Of a DNA stretch of 64,000 nucleotides, positions 37,635 to 50,127 are shown piece after piece; position 1 is the first letter of the stretch; every line of letters starts with the position of its first letter. The notes below the pieces were generated by a model, which did no database searches, had not been told where the DNA came from, and worked only from the letters and a program-made list of their open reading frames with translations. Both the position numbers and the translations under genes were made by a program. The stretch comes from Nemertoderma westbladi (lineage: Eukaryota > Animalia > Xenacoelomorpha). The stretch is from the NCBI GenBank assembly GCA_032718475.1, contig JAUCBJ010005792.1, positions 12,890 to 76,889 of the forward strand, given 5' to 3'.

Positions 37635-38864
37635 TCTATTTATTTATCGATCACGCCTCACGCTGTCTTGGTTAATATTAATAACAGAGTGTATTATTAG
37701 CTATTTTTGTCTCAGTTACAATACCTAATATAGCAATAGTATAGAATTACCTAATAAAAGGTATATATTTTTTTATACTAGCTAGTATGTTCGTCAATAT
37801 GTTGTTAGCTATTATTTTTATAATTATATTACATTTTTTAAAATAGTTCTAAATTAATATACTAGCTAGTTTTTGTTATTTTTAAATTGTTCTTCTAGAA
37901 CATGTTTGCTGATTTGTAAAAATGTTCCAGAATTGTTTTCTGTAACCTTTATAAGAGGTCTAGAACATAGTTCTAGAAATTTGGTATATAAAAGAGAAAA
38001 TGTTCGTGAATAGTGAACAAAACATACAAATATAAGAAATGGCCAATATTATCTATTATTATACATCTTGTTGAGTAAACCAGAAATTTAACAATAAAAC
38101 AACATATAATATAAACATGTATGATGTACTGTACCTTTATCTAACTTCGGTCCCTCGTTTCAATATTACACTGACCTGCTCTGCTCGTCCATTCACACAC
38201 TCAAAAGTTATTACAACTTTAGTGTCTGCAAAGCGAACTCCAAAACGGAACTCAATATTCAATATTGGTTTATGTTGTTAAGCGGCTCTCTAGTTACGTA
38301 ATAAATATTCGAGAACACTAAATTATTTAACATTGAGTAAGGCAGTATCGAGAGTTGGAGAGTACAATAATTTGAATCGCAGTAACTATGGAAGCAATAT
38401 AGTAAAATGCTTTAGTTCAATTTATTTTGTAACACTACTGTACTGTAGTATCGCTATGTTTTATTAAAGAATTTAGCAACTAAAAAGTACCAATTTAAGA
38501 ATAAAATTACGTATTACATGGGAAAAAACGCAGAACATTTTTTTTTCAATATTCTCTCGACCCTTTATTAACCTCGCTGATGCTCGGTAAATAAAATGCC
38601 TCGAGAATAATGAAAAAAAGTTCTACTTTTTTTCCCATGTAATAAATAATAATTATTCTTAAATCGTTAATTTTTTCGCTCGAATATATATACTATAATT
38701 AGTGTCTGCTCGAGAATGAAATATGCGGATATAATACCTGAAGCGAATTAGTGATGATGATTTCATGATTTATATGATTTATTAGTTTTCATTTATATTC
38801 CAGCTTTTTGCTGAGGGTGGGTAAGAAATTAAATCAGATCAGGTAAAAAATCAGATCAGTATAC

Positions 38865-39914
38865 GATGGTTCGACAACATTTGTGTCTACTGTTGACGGT
38901 GACACAGAACCATTTGAAGTGTTATGGGGCGTCCTCCAGGGAGACACACTTGCACCATTCTTGTTCATAATTGTTGTTGACTATGTTCTACGCATGTCCT
39001 TAGATCATCATAATGATGATGGGGTGATGATAACTCCACCTACTGGCTCCAGAAGTCGAGGAAATCCTGCCAAGTACCTAACTGATCTAGACTTTGCTGA
39101 TGACTTAGGAGTACTCTCAGAATCACTAGAGGGAGCCCAACGGCTCCTCAGCTCATTAGAACATGCTGCTTCTAGTGTTGGTCTTTTTATTAACTCCAGA
39201 AAGACCACAATTTTGACAGTTTACTTTGAAAGTCCTCAGCAAGTCTCTGATCGGATGAGCATAAGCTCAAAAGATGGTATGCTTGAGCATGTGGATGACT
39301 TCTGTTACCTGGGATCATGGATCCGGAAGTCAGGTGAGGACCTTCGGATACGTAAGGGAAAGGCATAGGCAGCCTTGAATAGGTTTTCCAGGATTTGGAA
39401 GTCACCGAGAATTAATCGGAAACGTAAGGTCCGATTATTTAGAGCAGCAGTAGTTCCAGTACTCCTCTATGGGAGTCCATGCTGGGCTCTAACTGCTGAG
39501 GACACCAAATCTCTGGATGGCACATTCACAAGAATGCTACGCCGGGTTCATTGTGTCAAGTACAATGCACACATCTCCAACCAGACACTATATAACATTG
39601 GAGGTGTCTCATTGGTTCCCCCAAGCTTGACACTAGAACAAAATCGCCTCCGCTTTGCAGGACATTGCTTTCGCCGTGAGGACCAGCCAGTGCATAATCT
39701 TGTACTTTGGCAGACTCATGGAGTGAATAAGCATGGTGGACAGCCCATGACTTTCTTGAGAAGCATCTTAAAGGACACTGGCCTTGAAGAAGCGGATGAT
39801 CTAGCAAATGTCATGGGTGATAGGGAGTTGTGACGGTGCAATTTTGTCGATAAGCCGGCACAGCATTCTTAAAAATGCAGCTGCAATGCAGCATGCCGAT
39901 CCTAGTAGTAGTAG
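38865..39914 (+). mobile_element. 5'-truncated RTE-clade LINE (family A), RT C-terminal half
   Basis: GVLQGDTLAPFLF, DLDFADD, FCYLGS, RLRFAGHC; in-frame stop at 39366; (TAG)n tail. Minus-strand pieces of the same family at ~54640-54835 and ~58575-58752. Confidence 0.9.
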
Positions 39915-41326
39915 GGTAAGAAATTACTTAATTTCATGCTCAGAGTTTTGCTGTACAGTACTTTATTCCAAAATTGTAACATTACTCATCGCCGTTAGTA
40001 TTAACTGTGAGTTGATATTAGCACTTTGCAACTTTTAGAGGACATTACAGCATTGTATTGGCCTGCACATTTAGTATAGTATAATTGTATTTATAATTAA
40101 TTTCCTGACAGCCAGATAGGCCTACTGCATTACCTAGGGGTAGCTATTAATAACCCGTAGCTATAAACTATTAACATGGCTCCAAACGCCACCATAAATA
40201 TAAGCTAACTTATTTATAACATAATTTATGTCATTTTTACATTTATTTATACAGCAACTAATTTAATTTGTGCAGTTTGAATCACTTATAATATATATAC
40301 AATCATTTCGTAATGTTACAATTTTGGAATAAAACTACATACATACTTGTTGCAATGTAATAATCAGTAATAATCAGTAATGCAATACAGTGTTCTGATC
40401 CTTGTGGCTTTATTTTCACTCACTCGCTACTTTCGTTCGTGTAACAAATCACTCGGATCATCACACTGTTTTTCTTATCACGCTACTTTACACACAAGTA
40501 TCGTATGTGAATAGTTATTAGTATTTATAAACATAATAAATCAATTAGTTTGTAATTATGTTCGCTGCTCAACAATACCCACTGTCGTTTTGTTTCCACA
40601 TATCATATTATTACAGACTGTCCATCTCTAAAGTTTCGACTCAAAAAGCTTCTTACGAGAGGTTATCTTCTAACCATCGTTGTCCGCCACCAATGATACA
40701 GTTCGCCTCTTTGGCTTCAGTAAAAAGCAACAATAATTTTTGAAAATTATTTATTTTGGCATATAGTAATGCATTTCAATTTCTTTTCTTAATGATTTTC
40801 ATTTCGCATTCTTACGGAAGCTTTGTACTACTTTATTATTGGTCAAATCCACACAGACTGATAAGAAAATTGAGACCGGGGGGGGGGGGGACTGGACACA
40901 AATCCCATCATGGCGAATTAATATCCCGCCTCAATGTTAAATTATTAATTTAGGGAAAGGAGCAGGTTACAGTGGCACGTTAACCAAAACAATAAACTAA
41001 ACACTATAGAACAGGTGGCAGCATCCGGAAAAGGCAGCATCCGGAGTTGAGTACAATAATTACAAAAGCAGTAACTATGGAAGCAATATTGTAAAATACT
41101 AGGCTATAGTTCAATTTATATTGTAACATTGGGATTAATGAATTGAGCAACAAAAAAATACCATTTTAAGAATAAAATTACTTAATTTAATACTACAAAG
41201 TGAAAAAGTATAATTTGTTAATCATTATTCTCTCGACCCTTTATTACCCTTGCTGGGGCTCGGTAAATAAAATATCTCGAGAATTTAGTGAAAAGTTCTA
41301 CTTTTTTTTCCCAAAGTATAAGTAAT

Positions 41327-42282
41327 TACTACAACTACTTGGTCGAGCGAGCTCGGACAGTGGAAATGAGATCCTTCCAGGCTTCCCGATTCTCCATAGT
41401 TGTCGCAATTTCGTTTCTCCCCAGTCTAGTATCCCTTTCAAGGTGGTCGTCCACGCCTGCGCGCTTTCCTTGTGTTGGTTGCCAGAAAAGTGATAAAACT
41501 TGACTGTTTGTTCTGGCTCTGATTCATAGATTGGACTGTAGCAAAATATTACTTGGGATTCCCATCAAATGACCCTGGAATTTATAGATTCGATGTTGTT
41601 TACTGATGGGCCTGAAGTGCAAATGGGCTCAGCAGAATTTCTACTCCTCCAATTGATGCATTGGCGGGGTTTCTTACGGCTGAGCTTGTTACTAACGTCC
41701 ATCCATTTCCATTGTCATTGTACTTCATGGCAGTGTCTTCATGACAAATCCGATGTTCTTGGATACAGATGATGTCGATGTTATATTCCATTACCAGTGC
41801 GACCAGTCACCCTGTTTGCTATGTGCTTTCAGCGTGCTTGCGTTCATTGTAGCAATCTTTAGTGTCTTTTAACATTTCAACAGGTTGGTTCTTCTTTCTT
41901 CTCTGTCTTCTGTTCCAGAAGCCGATTTTTCGACCCCAGCAAGCTGTACCACTGAGGGACGCGATCCTTGTTGACCCGGGCGACGACCGAGCCGGTATTT
42001 CTCCTGGAGGATTCTCATGCTCATATCTTTCAGTTGCGGGAGTAAACCACTTGTGGTATCACCTCCTACAAACGTCTTCGCAGTAGGTCGCCGTTGGTTG
42101 ATTACCTTCCACCGACATTGTCTGCATGACTATAGCCGTTGGTGGATCACCTACTGTATGTATCCCATGGCCTACAGCCCTGCCCTGCTACCAACTGTAG
42201 GGGCCCTATTCATACACCCTAAACCAAGTGTGCCTTCTGGATTAGGTGCAGTAGAGGAACATCCAGTATAGACAGGGGCGTG
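41327..42282 (-). mobile_element. Internally deleted copy of RTE family B
   Basis: Matches the 3' end (~54890-55060) and the 5'UTR/endonuclease part (~57300-58100) of the element at 54886-58335, with the RT region missing. Confidence 0.88.
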
Positions 42283-42475
42283 CATTTCTATTGCAGACGG
42301 ATTTTAGTTAGGAACATTTAGGCTGATTTTGTGTAAAAATCAAACGTGTAGAACTTATGCATGCACTTTCGTACTTTAATTAATATATTAATATGAAGTT
42401 AAAGATTATCGCGCTTGCGCTGTTGCTGTTAATGTCATACTTGCATAACACAATGTTAATGATTTCTTTTGGCAG

Positions 42476-43451
42476 GTGTTCCTCTGAGAGATATGGAAGA
42501 TTCAGTCTCCCGAGGAATAATCTAAGTGCGATGGAATGCAGCCCATCGAAATTCCCTTTTGACCAACTCGAAGAACACAGAGAGGAAGATGGCAGCGACG
42601 GGGATCTATCCTCCCTAACTGAAACTGGTGGGAGCGAATCATCGCAAAGTGTTTGTAGCCCAGCATCGTTGCCGGCCTATTCTCGAGGGAACTGTAGTGA
42701 GAATGATATATCTTATAATTTATCAAACATTGACATAAAGTCAACCAAATGGCCTTATCCATGCAGAGTAATCCCGGGAATAGACAGAGCCGTTTCAGAC
42801 CCAGGCAGATCCACATCAGAAACAGAGGGCGCGTCATCGAACCTAGACGACAGAAGTATATCAAACTCAAACATAGCCACTGGTGTTACTGATAGAGCCA
42901 CCCCGGACATAAACAGAGCCACATCAGACGCAAACCGAGACACGACTGACTCCGACAAAGCTATATCAGACCAAGACAGTGGCACATCGGACACAATACA
43001 AGCCACACCTGACTCAGAAAAAGCTACATCAGACCGAGACAGCGCCACATCTGACTTAAACAGAGCGACATTTCATCTAGATAGTACCACATCGGACACA
43101 ACCCAACCCACCTCAGACACAGAAAATGTCACATCAGACCAAGACAGAGGGACACTGGTTCCAGGTAAATTTAAAGATGTTCTAAAAGAGACCTTAACTC
43201 CGGAAGATGACTTTCTCCTGGACGCCAATGGCACTCTCCTCGAAAATACTGATAGCAGCGAAACAGCCGAAGAAAACATTAAGATTGCTTCTGAGATACT
43301 ATTTGATTTGATTGAAGAGGCGATCGATGGTACCAATAGAAGTGATAGTGAGTGCAATCAAATGAATCACACTGAAGAAGCGACAACCAATTGTGTAAAT
43401 AATCTCCAATTAACAACAGACAGTGTCGTAACTAATAGACAGTATCTAAAC
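42476..43451 (+). CDS. RIN/Sprint-like gene, large low-complexity exon with 7-aa repeats
   Basis: TTTTGGCAG acceptor, AAC|GTGAGT donor; 976 nt open; phase 2 in and 0 out. Confidence 0.8.
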
Positions 43452-43606
43452 GTGAGTAATCTCTGACAAGTATCATTATTTGTGCTAAGTTACATACAGC
43501 TATTCAAACCATTATTTCGCGTACCGGTAACTATTATTTATTTTCTACTGTAAGGGGGTCTCTGGGTGTGTCATTATATTTCGACATTTTAACAAATTTT
43601 GTGTAG

Positions 43607-43749
43607 GTGCTGGATCCATCTGTCGATGACAAGATTAAGGCGTCTTCCATTCGCCGCCGCTATTTATCAAGAATTAGCATCTACAGAACATCGGATTCAA
43701 TGAAAGACTTAGTCCCGAATATAGAAGACTTTGATTCAACTGATGAAAT
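43607..43749 (+). CDS. RIN/Sprint-like gene, exon
   Basis: TTTTGTGTAG acceptor, AT|GTTAGT donor; VLDPSVDDKIKASSIRRRYLSR...DFDSTDE; phase 0 in and 2 out. Confidence 0.75.
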
Positions 43750-44381
43750 GTTAGTATTATTGTTGTCCTACACATTGTACAGATGTAGGCCTACTGTATA
43801 TGTTTATATATATAATTTCCTTCGTGTTTTATTAGCAAGTCGTATATGACTTTATTATTGATTTCAAGAAAAAAGGTACTGACTACAACTGCTGACTACT
43901 ACTACTACTGACCCGACGACAACTAGGGCTCTAACGATTTTGATGAAATTGCATGAACCATGAAAATATATTTCTATGGGTACTTGTGAAATGCGGTTTA
44001 AATTGAAACATGTCAACATGTTTTATTTCGAAAAATAGCCCCATAACACGAAAATTGCCATAGACTCAATGATGCAAAAACCAGCTGGTGCTCATGAAAA
44101 AATTATAGCGAGGGACTAGTAATGAATGCTATTGAGTGGATAGGCCCAAACTGCAGAAGTATATTACTTGCCCAATTTTAGTAAGTCTGGGTTTACTCAT
44201 TCACTCTTTTCCAAACAGTAAGCACTGATTTTGTGATAGAATAGCTCATTATAATTTGTATCCCATTACTGAGCCTCGTGCTGCGCGAAGGTCCCACGAA
44301 CGTACTATATCAATTGGAGTATAATACCCACTGTATGTTGGGTATGTATTTATGTTTATGTAATAAAAAATATACCTTTAG

Positions 44382-44392
44382 TGCAATAATAT
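44382..44392 (+). CDS. 5' stub of the RIN-like exon split by the LTR insertion
   Basis: CCTTTAG acceptor; removing 44393-54076 gives T GCA ATA ATA TAT TCC CAA TGT GTG GCA GGG TTA..., phase 2 and in frame with 54077-54306. Confidence 0.65.
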
Positions 44393-46950
44393 TGTTAGCT
44401 TATCCAATTCCGCTAACACAAACCCATAGAGTGAGCCATAAAGCAATATTGGGAGCACGAGGTTGATTACCAATCAACCTCGTGTCAGCCCAGTAAACGG
44501 GGACAATAGGCCCCAAAGGAGACACACACAATAAGGGTCAGGGGCCAAACCCCTAACCGAGAGAGAACACAGGGAGTGAAGGGAAACACTCCAAAGGGTG
44601 CCAACAGGGATATCAACCAATCAGAGGGGGGAAAGGCATCGATTGAGTAGCAATAAGGCCACCGTGCAATATAACCAGTAACCTGTAATCATTCATTCAG
44701 TTTACTCAGTCAGATCAGTAGGGTGGAACGGGGACTTCTGTCACCGTCCGCTACCGCCATTATATATTACCTGTTGTGTCATACTCAGTACTTCTATATA
44801 TCAACTATCAGACTATTATACCTTTATACATATTACCCAACATCAGAACTCCTTTACCTTTCACACACGGCGGGGACGCGTGGATAGAAAACCCAACGGA
44901 TAAACCGGGATCCGTAGATCCCGTCACAGTGACAGAATCAGATCCGCCCAGCTGCCCTGACAGTGATAGACTGACACCAAAGACAAAGATGAGCCGAATA
45001 GGAGAGAAAGGAACGACACCGCCGCGGACCCCGGACGACGATCTAACGATCCGCGAGGCCACGGCGAGACGATACGAACCCACGACGCCGGTCGATGCTA
45101 CGCCGACCACGTCGACGCAGGTTGACGCTACGTCGATAACGAGCAACACGGCGAACCAAGATGTGGGGGGTCGTCTACCAGGAGAGAGCGAGTCGAGTAG
45201 AGGAGACGAGTCGGGAGGAGAAGAGAAAGACGAGTCGACGCGGAGCGAGGGTCGACGTACCGATGTCGCCGGTCCGCCACAGGCCGAGGGCGACGGACGG
45301 CCCACCGGAACGGCAACGGTGGAGCCGCCGGTACGACGTCGGACCCGGAGAGACAGAGGAGAGGTCGGCGACGAGGACGTCGGGGTTTCTGATCGACTTC
45401 GACGGGCCTACAACGCGACCCGGGAACTACTAAAGGAGGCCAAGGAGGGGCGAAGATAGACGAGGTGAGACTGAGAAAGCGACTAGGTGAGTCGAACAGA
45501 TACTTTGATCACCTAGTGTGTTCTGGACAGAGAGAACTAGCAGAGTTGAGGGCGTGGGGAGTTGCCTTCGAACTGTTTAAACTATGGGAATGTGGGGGTA
45601 TGGAACCTAGTGTAGTGTACATAGGGCCATACTTAGTCGATGCCCAGGATACAAAATTAGTGGGTTGGAAGAGACCTGAGGAGGGCGAATCCGAGGTTAA
45701 ACCCGAGGATTCGGTCTCGTCGGTCGGAGGAAGTTCCGGGAGGCGGGGGAAAGTTAGTAGGACGGAGGGGCGGCGGGAGTCCGTCGCGACCGATAAGTCT
45801 GCTACATCCTCCGTAAAAGAAAGACGGGTGCGAGAGAGTGAACGCATGGCGTATAAATTAAAAATGGAAGAATTAGAGTGGCGACTGAGGGGAAGGAAGG
45901 AGCAAGAGAGTGAACGCGAAGAGCGTGAGGCAAGAGAACAGAGCGTGCGGTACACGTACAGTACGCATAGTAGCCGTACGGGCGGGGGGGGGTAGTAGTA
46001 GTGCGTTAGGAAATATTGGTATTAATAGTACCGTAGTAAATAACCCTAATCCCTTTATTACAGGAAATATTTTACCCGGTAGTAGTAATTTAAGTTTAAA
46101 TTCAAATAATAATATTAATTCAAATATTCAGAATAATCAAAATAATTCGAATAATAGTTTAAATCTGAAAATAATCATCATTAAATAATTTAAATAATAA
46201 TCCCGTTTCAAATTCTAATAATTTAATTGATTTAACAAATAATATTGGGAATGGTGCTATTAATGTGAACGCGTCAGACGTGTATAGCCCGGCAGACGGC
46301 GGCCTGGTAGGCCACGTAGTTAGTAGGCAGGAAGTGGCGCGGTTGAGCCAACCCGAGGTGGGCCTGGTAGGCCACGCAGTAGTAGAGAGAGAGGCGGGGG
46401 TGAATAGACCCAGCCGTAGTAGAGATAGTGTGTCGACTAGAGAGGGGTGTAGAGACGAAGTAAGAGATATTGAAGTTAGATGTGGCGGGTGGGGGGGGGC
46501 TACGGGCGCCCCACCACAGAAGATTAGTGGCGAGAGAAAGGGGGTAGAGAGTGTCCGACAAGAGGGACGCAGAAGTGTAGTAAGAGATAGTGAAGTTAGA
46601 AGTAGCGGGTGGGGGGGGGGCTACGGGCACCCCACCGCGAGAGATTAGTAGCGAGAGAGGGGGGGCAGAGAGTGTCCCACAGGCGTCGGCGGATAATGCG
46701 CGGGCCGAATTAGGTAAACCGCAACACCCGGCGACGGAGAGTAATAGGGGGATTGCGAGTATCCCCAGCGGCGTGCGATCGAGCAGAGAGAGACAGGTTG
46801 ACGTCGCGAGAGGGCGGGCGACGGAACGTCGAGCCCAGTCAGAAGAGAGAAGATTAGTAGAGTTTAATAGAGAGGTCGAAGATAGAAGAAAATTAGCAGA
46901 GTTTAACCGAGAGGTCGAAGAGAGAAGAAGGGAAGATAGTAGAAGAGTCG

Positions 46951-49900
46951 TTGCCAGGAGCGAACCGGAGAGCGAGGACGGATAGCGAGCCGTCGATAGT
47001 AGAGATGGAGTTAGGGAGTCAGTGGGGTCGAACTTCGGGAGATTGCCGTCGCCCCGGAGAAACGCACCGCACACCAAGAGAGGGGTACAGGACGTACCGA
47101 TACGAAGACGAGAGCAGGATAGGGGATCGAAGGGAAGCTTCCCGACGTGATATAGCTGCCGATCGAGAGTACGGTAGTCGCGGGGAGATTCGAGATTCGC
47201 GAAGAATAAACTTCGGTTCGGAAGGGCACATGCAGACTGCAGGACATACTGTAGGCCTTACTGCACATACTATTATAGGCCATGCTGGGAGAGATAGAGT
47301 AGGCGATAGGGTAGCGCGGACGACGGGATTAAACCCGGAAGTCGCGGAGTACATACCGGTAGGTAGGCGAGAGGTAGGTAGGCCTATATCGGTACAGCAG
47401 CATGACTATAATACACAGGGACATAACATATATCCAGGGGAGGGGAGAGTTATTGCAGATAGATGTATGGGCCCCAATATATTAACATCAACCCCAGTAC
47501 CAAACATACCGGTGGGGGGGGGACAGGGTGACATTCCCCCATCACAATATCAACAATATACCCCAATAGGAGCGAGAACATCGAACCCCTTGGACGAGAA
47601 CAGATCGTGCGACACGGAAATATGGAGGGGGCCGTTACCCCCAATGATATATCCGACGCAACAAATAAAGTCAACAGCAGATAGGACGGACGGACCGTAC
47701 CCAATAGGAGAATCTATACAACATCCATCGAACCCATTAGAAGCGCAAGCGATGGGAATGGCCACATTGATCGATGCGTTAAAAACTAGGATCGAGTTAC
47801 CACCTGTGGAACCATTTAAATTCGATGGGAGTAGGCCGGAAGAATATCTACAGTTTCGGCGCATGTATAGTAACGAAATATTAAGTAAGAACTTGACGCA
47901 GGCGGAGTGCCTAAAATATCTGCAAGTATATACAGGAGGCCCAGCATACGACATCGTGAGGCAATACCAGGGCATCGAGGGCGGCTTCACGACAGCATGG
48001 CGGGCGCTAGATAGGGAATACGGGCACCCGGCCAAGATCATCCGGCAAACCCTGAGAGGCATAACATCGGGTGGCCTACAGGACAATCCCGTTAGCATAA
48101 GGACCTTTGCAAACAAGGTCGAGAAGGCGTTAATCGTGTTGAAGACGCTAGACGCACCATACGAACTCAACGCGTCTAACAACATCACCACGATAGCGCA
48201 GGCACTGCCGATCTGGCTGCGGAGAAAGTGGAGGAAGATAGCCTTCTCCACACGGGAGAAGAAGGGTGCGGAACCGGGCTTAGAAGAGATGTCGAGCTTC
48301 CTCAACTATGAAGCCGAATTAATAACAGACCCAGTCTATAGCGAGGATAGTTTGGGGACAAGCCATAAACCCGAACACGATCCTGCAGATCCACTCCCGA
48401 GAGTAGGACAATCACTACCACATGCGGCCACACAGGGGACTGCTAGTCCACAGTTAGCTGGTAGCAGGGCCACACCGTGGCAGGGACAGAAAGAAAATAA
48501 CACCATAAATAAACATAATCCCAACATACCCAGTAGGCCGAGTACAGACAACCAAAACACTAAATCGGTACATATAAACCTAGGCGCGATACGTGAGGGA
48601 CTATACAGGGAACGCTATAATCCAGGATTCGAATGTCAATTACATCGAGACGGAACACATAAGACCAGGAGTTGTAAGCACTGGCAAGCGTTGCCCAAAC
48701 AAGATCGTGTAGCCTACACAAACGCAAACGGACTATGTCATCGATGCGTGGTAGAAGGACACAGGTCCGGAGAGTGTGGAGAAACAGCAGTTAGAGAGTC
48801 CGAGACTGGAGGCCAAACAATGGCTACAAGTACGCCAGAAGAGGAGAAGAAGAGAAAAGTACTACTCGGGGTAGTACCAGTAAAGATATCAGGAGAGGGC
48901 GGTCGATCAGTAACGACATTAATGCTGGTCGACAGCGGAGCAGCCTTCACGCTGGTGGAGAACTGGGTGGCCGAAGAGATAGGGCTAAAGACAAGGCCGA
49001 ATAGAATGGCGGTGACTACCGTCTCGAGTAAAGATAAGGTCCTGGAGATGAGGACGGGGCGGTGCAGGATAGCAGCGATTGCACCGGGATGCGGCTATGG
49101 GGCGACGATCGACCCCATCCACGTCATCGAATCGATAAACATCAACGCCAGGCGACCAACCAACACTGAGGTCGAGCAGTATAGATTCCTGGACGGTATC
49201 GATTTCTCAATACCAAAGGTGGACGTTAGGAAGGTCTCCATTATAGTAGGAATGGGCTGCCCGACGGCCCATGAGAGGATGAAGACGGTCTTCGGCGAAG
49301 ACAGGCAGCGGGACCCGACGGCGATCCTCACGCCGTTCGGATGGACGCTTAGCGGCCCAGTTAAAATCAACATCCCATGCAGTGTGACAGAGACATCTGG
49401 GTGCATGATACCAGGCACCGAAGACGCAGAGGAAGTAGAGGAGAAACGAGAGATAGTAGAGCCAGATAGGGAGGTGACAGTAAGAAAGTGGGCAGAGGAG
49501 AGTAGGTTTCCCAGCAAGCTTCGGTATGGAGATGAAGCGGAGCGGACGGCGAGGTGTCCGGAGGACAACACTCCAGAGGAGTGTCTGGAGGAGTGTCTAG
49601 AGGAGTGTCCGGAAGAGACGCAGGTCCGGTTTGGAGGCATACCGACAATGGGGAAGTCGAGAAGGAAGGCAGGATGGAAAGGGATAGGACTATTATTCTA
49701 CCTTCTGTTCTGCCTGTTCTTTCACTTTCTATTCATTCTGCCGGCGGGAGACAACAAGGAGAGATGTGGCATTTTGATGCCAAGAGAGGAGGAAGTTAAG
49801 AAGACGATGGAGAGACCCAACCTTGGGGTGGTGAAAGGGGGAGAGCCAATCCCTGGTCAGGTGGAATTGGCGAAGAGGGTGTGGCAAAGAGTAAGAGGAC

Positions 49901-49956
49901 ATATAGGAGGGCAGTGGGAGTGTGCCAACTGGAAGAAGGGGCACCTTAGAGTTTAG
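46951..49956 (+). CDS. BEL/Pao Gag plus aspartic protease ORF, without RT/RNaseH/integrase core
   Basis: DUF1759-like PFKFDGSRPEEYLQF...YLQVYTGG...ALDREYGHP; zinc knuckles CQLH...H...C and CHRC...GHRSGEC; protease LVDSGA; BEL signature LTPFGWTLSGP. Upstream low-complexity ORFs (44989-46985) are probably a frameshifted N-terminal extension. Confidence 0.9.
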   Translation: MPGANRRARTDSEPSIVEMELGSQWGRTSGDCRRPGETHRTPREGYRTYRYEDESRIGDRREASRRDIAADREYGSRGEIRDSRRINFGSEGHMQTAGHTVGLTAHTIIGHAGRDRVGDRVARTTGLNPEVAEYIPVGRREVGRPISVQQHDYNTQGHNIYPGEGRVIADRCMGPNILTSTPVPNIPVGGGQGDIPPSQYQQYTPIGARTSNPLDENRSCDTEIWRGPLPPMIYPTQQIKSTADRTDGPYPIGESIQHPSNPLEAQAMGMATLIDALKTRIELPPVEPFKFDGSRPEEYLQFRRMYSNEILSKNLTQAECLKYLQVYTGGPAYDIVRQYQGIEGGFTTAWRALDREYGHPAKIIRQTLRGITSGGLQDNPVSIRTFANKVEKALIVLKTLDAPYELNASNNITTIAQALPIWLRRKWRKIAFSTREKKGAEPGLEEMSSFLNYEAELITDPVYSEDSLGTSHKPEHDPADPLPRVGQSLPHAATQGTASPQLAGSRATPWQGQKENNTINKHNPNIPSRPSTDNQNTKSVHINLGAIREGLYRERYNPGFECQLHRDGTHKTRSCKHWQALPKQDRVAYTNANGLCHRCVVEGHRSGECGETAVRESETGGQTMATSTPEEEKKRKVLLGVVPVKISGEGGRSVTTLMLVDSGAAFTLVENWVAEEIGLKTRPNRMAVTTVSSKDKVLEMRTGRCRIAAIAPGCGYGATIDPIHVIESININARRPTNTEVEQYRFLDGIDFSIPKVDVRKVSIIVGMGCPTAHERMKTVFGEDRQRDPTAILTPFGWTLSGPVKINIPCSVTETSGCMIPGTEDAEEVEEKREIVEPDREVTVRKWAEESRFPSKLRYGDEAERTARCPEDNTPEECLEECLEECPEETQVRFGGIPTMGKSRRKAGWKGIGLLFYLLFCLFFHFLFILPAGDNKERCGILMPREEEVKKTMERPNLGVVKGGEPIPGQVELAKRVWQRVRGHIGGQWECANWKKGHLRV

Positions 49957-50127
49957 TCGTCCAAGGTTTTGGACTGAGGGGGGTGGGAATGAGGGCGAGA
50001 CGAGACGCCCTTCCCACAAGAAAATTAATTATTTAATTAAAAATAAATAATTAAAATAATTAAATAATAGTTAGAAGAGATAGTAAGTAGTAGAACAGGA
50101 GATAAGTTAGTAGAAGGAGAGTAAGTT

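Noticed and set aside
43869-43875. 7-nt micro-exon (AAG|AAAAAAG|GTACT) restoring frame to the LTR3 acceptor
   Set aside because: Weak AAG acceptor and weak donor; the frame is explained more simply by the exon starting at 44382.
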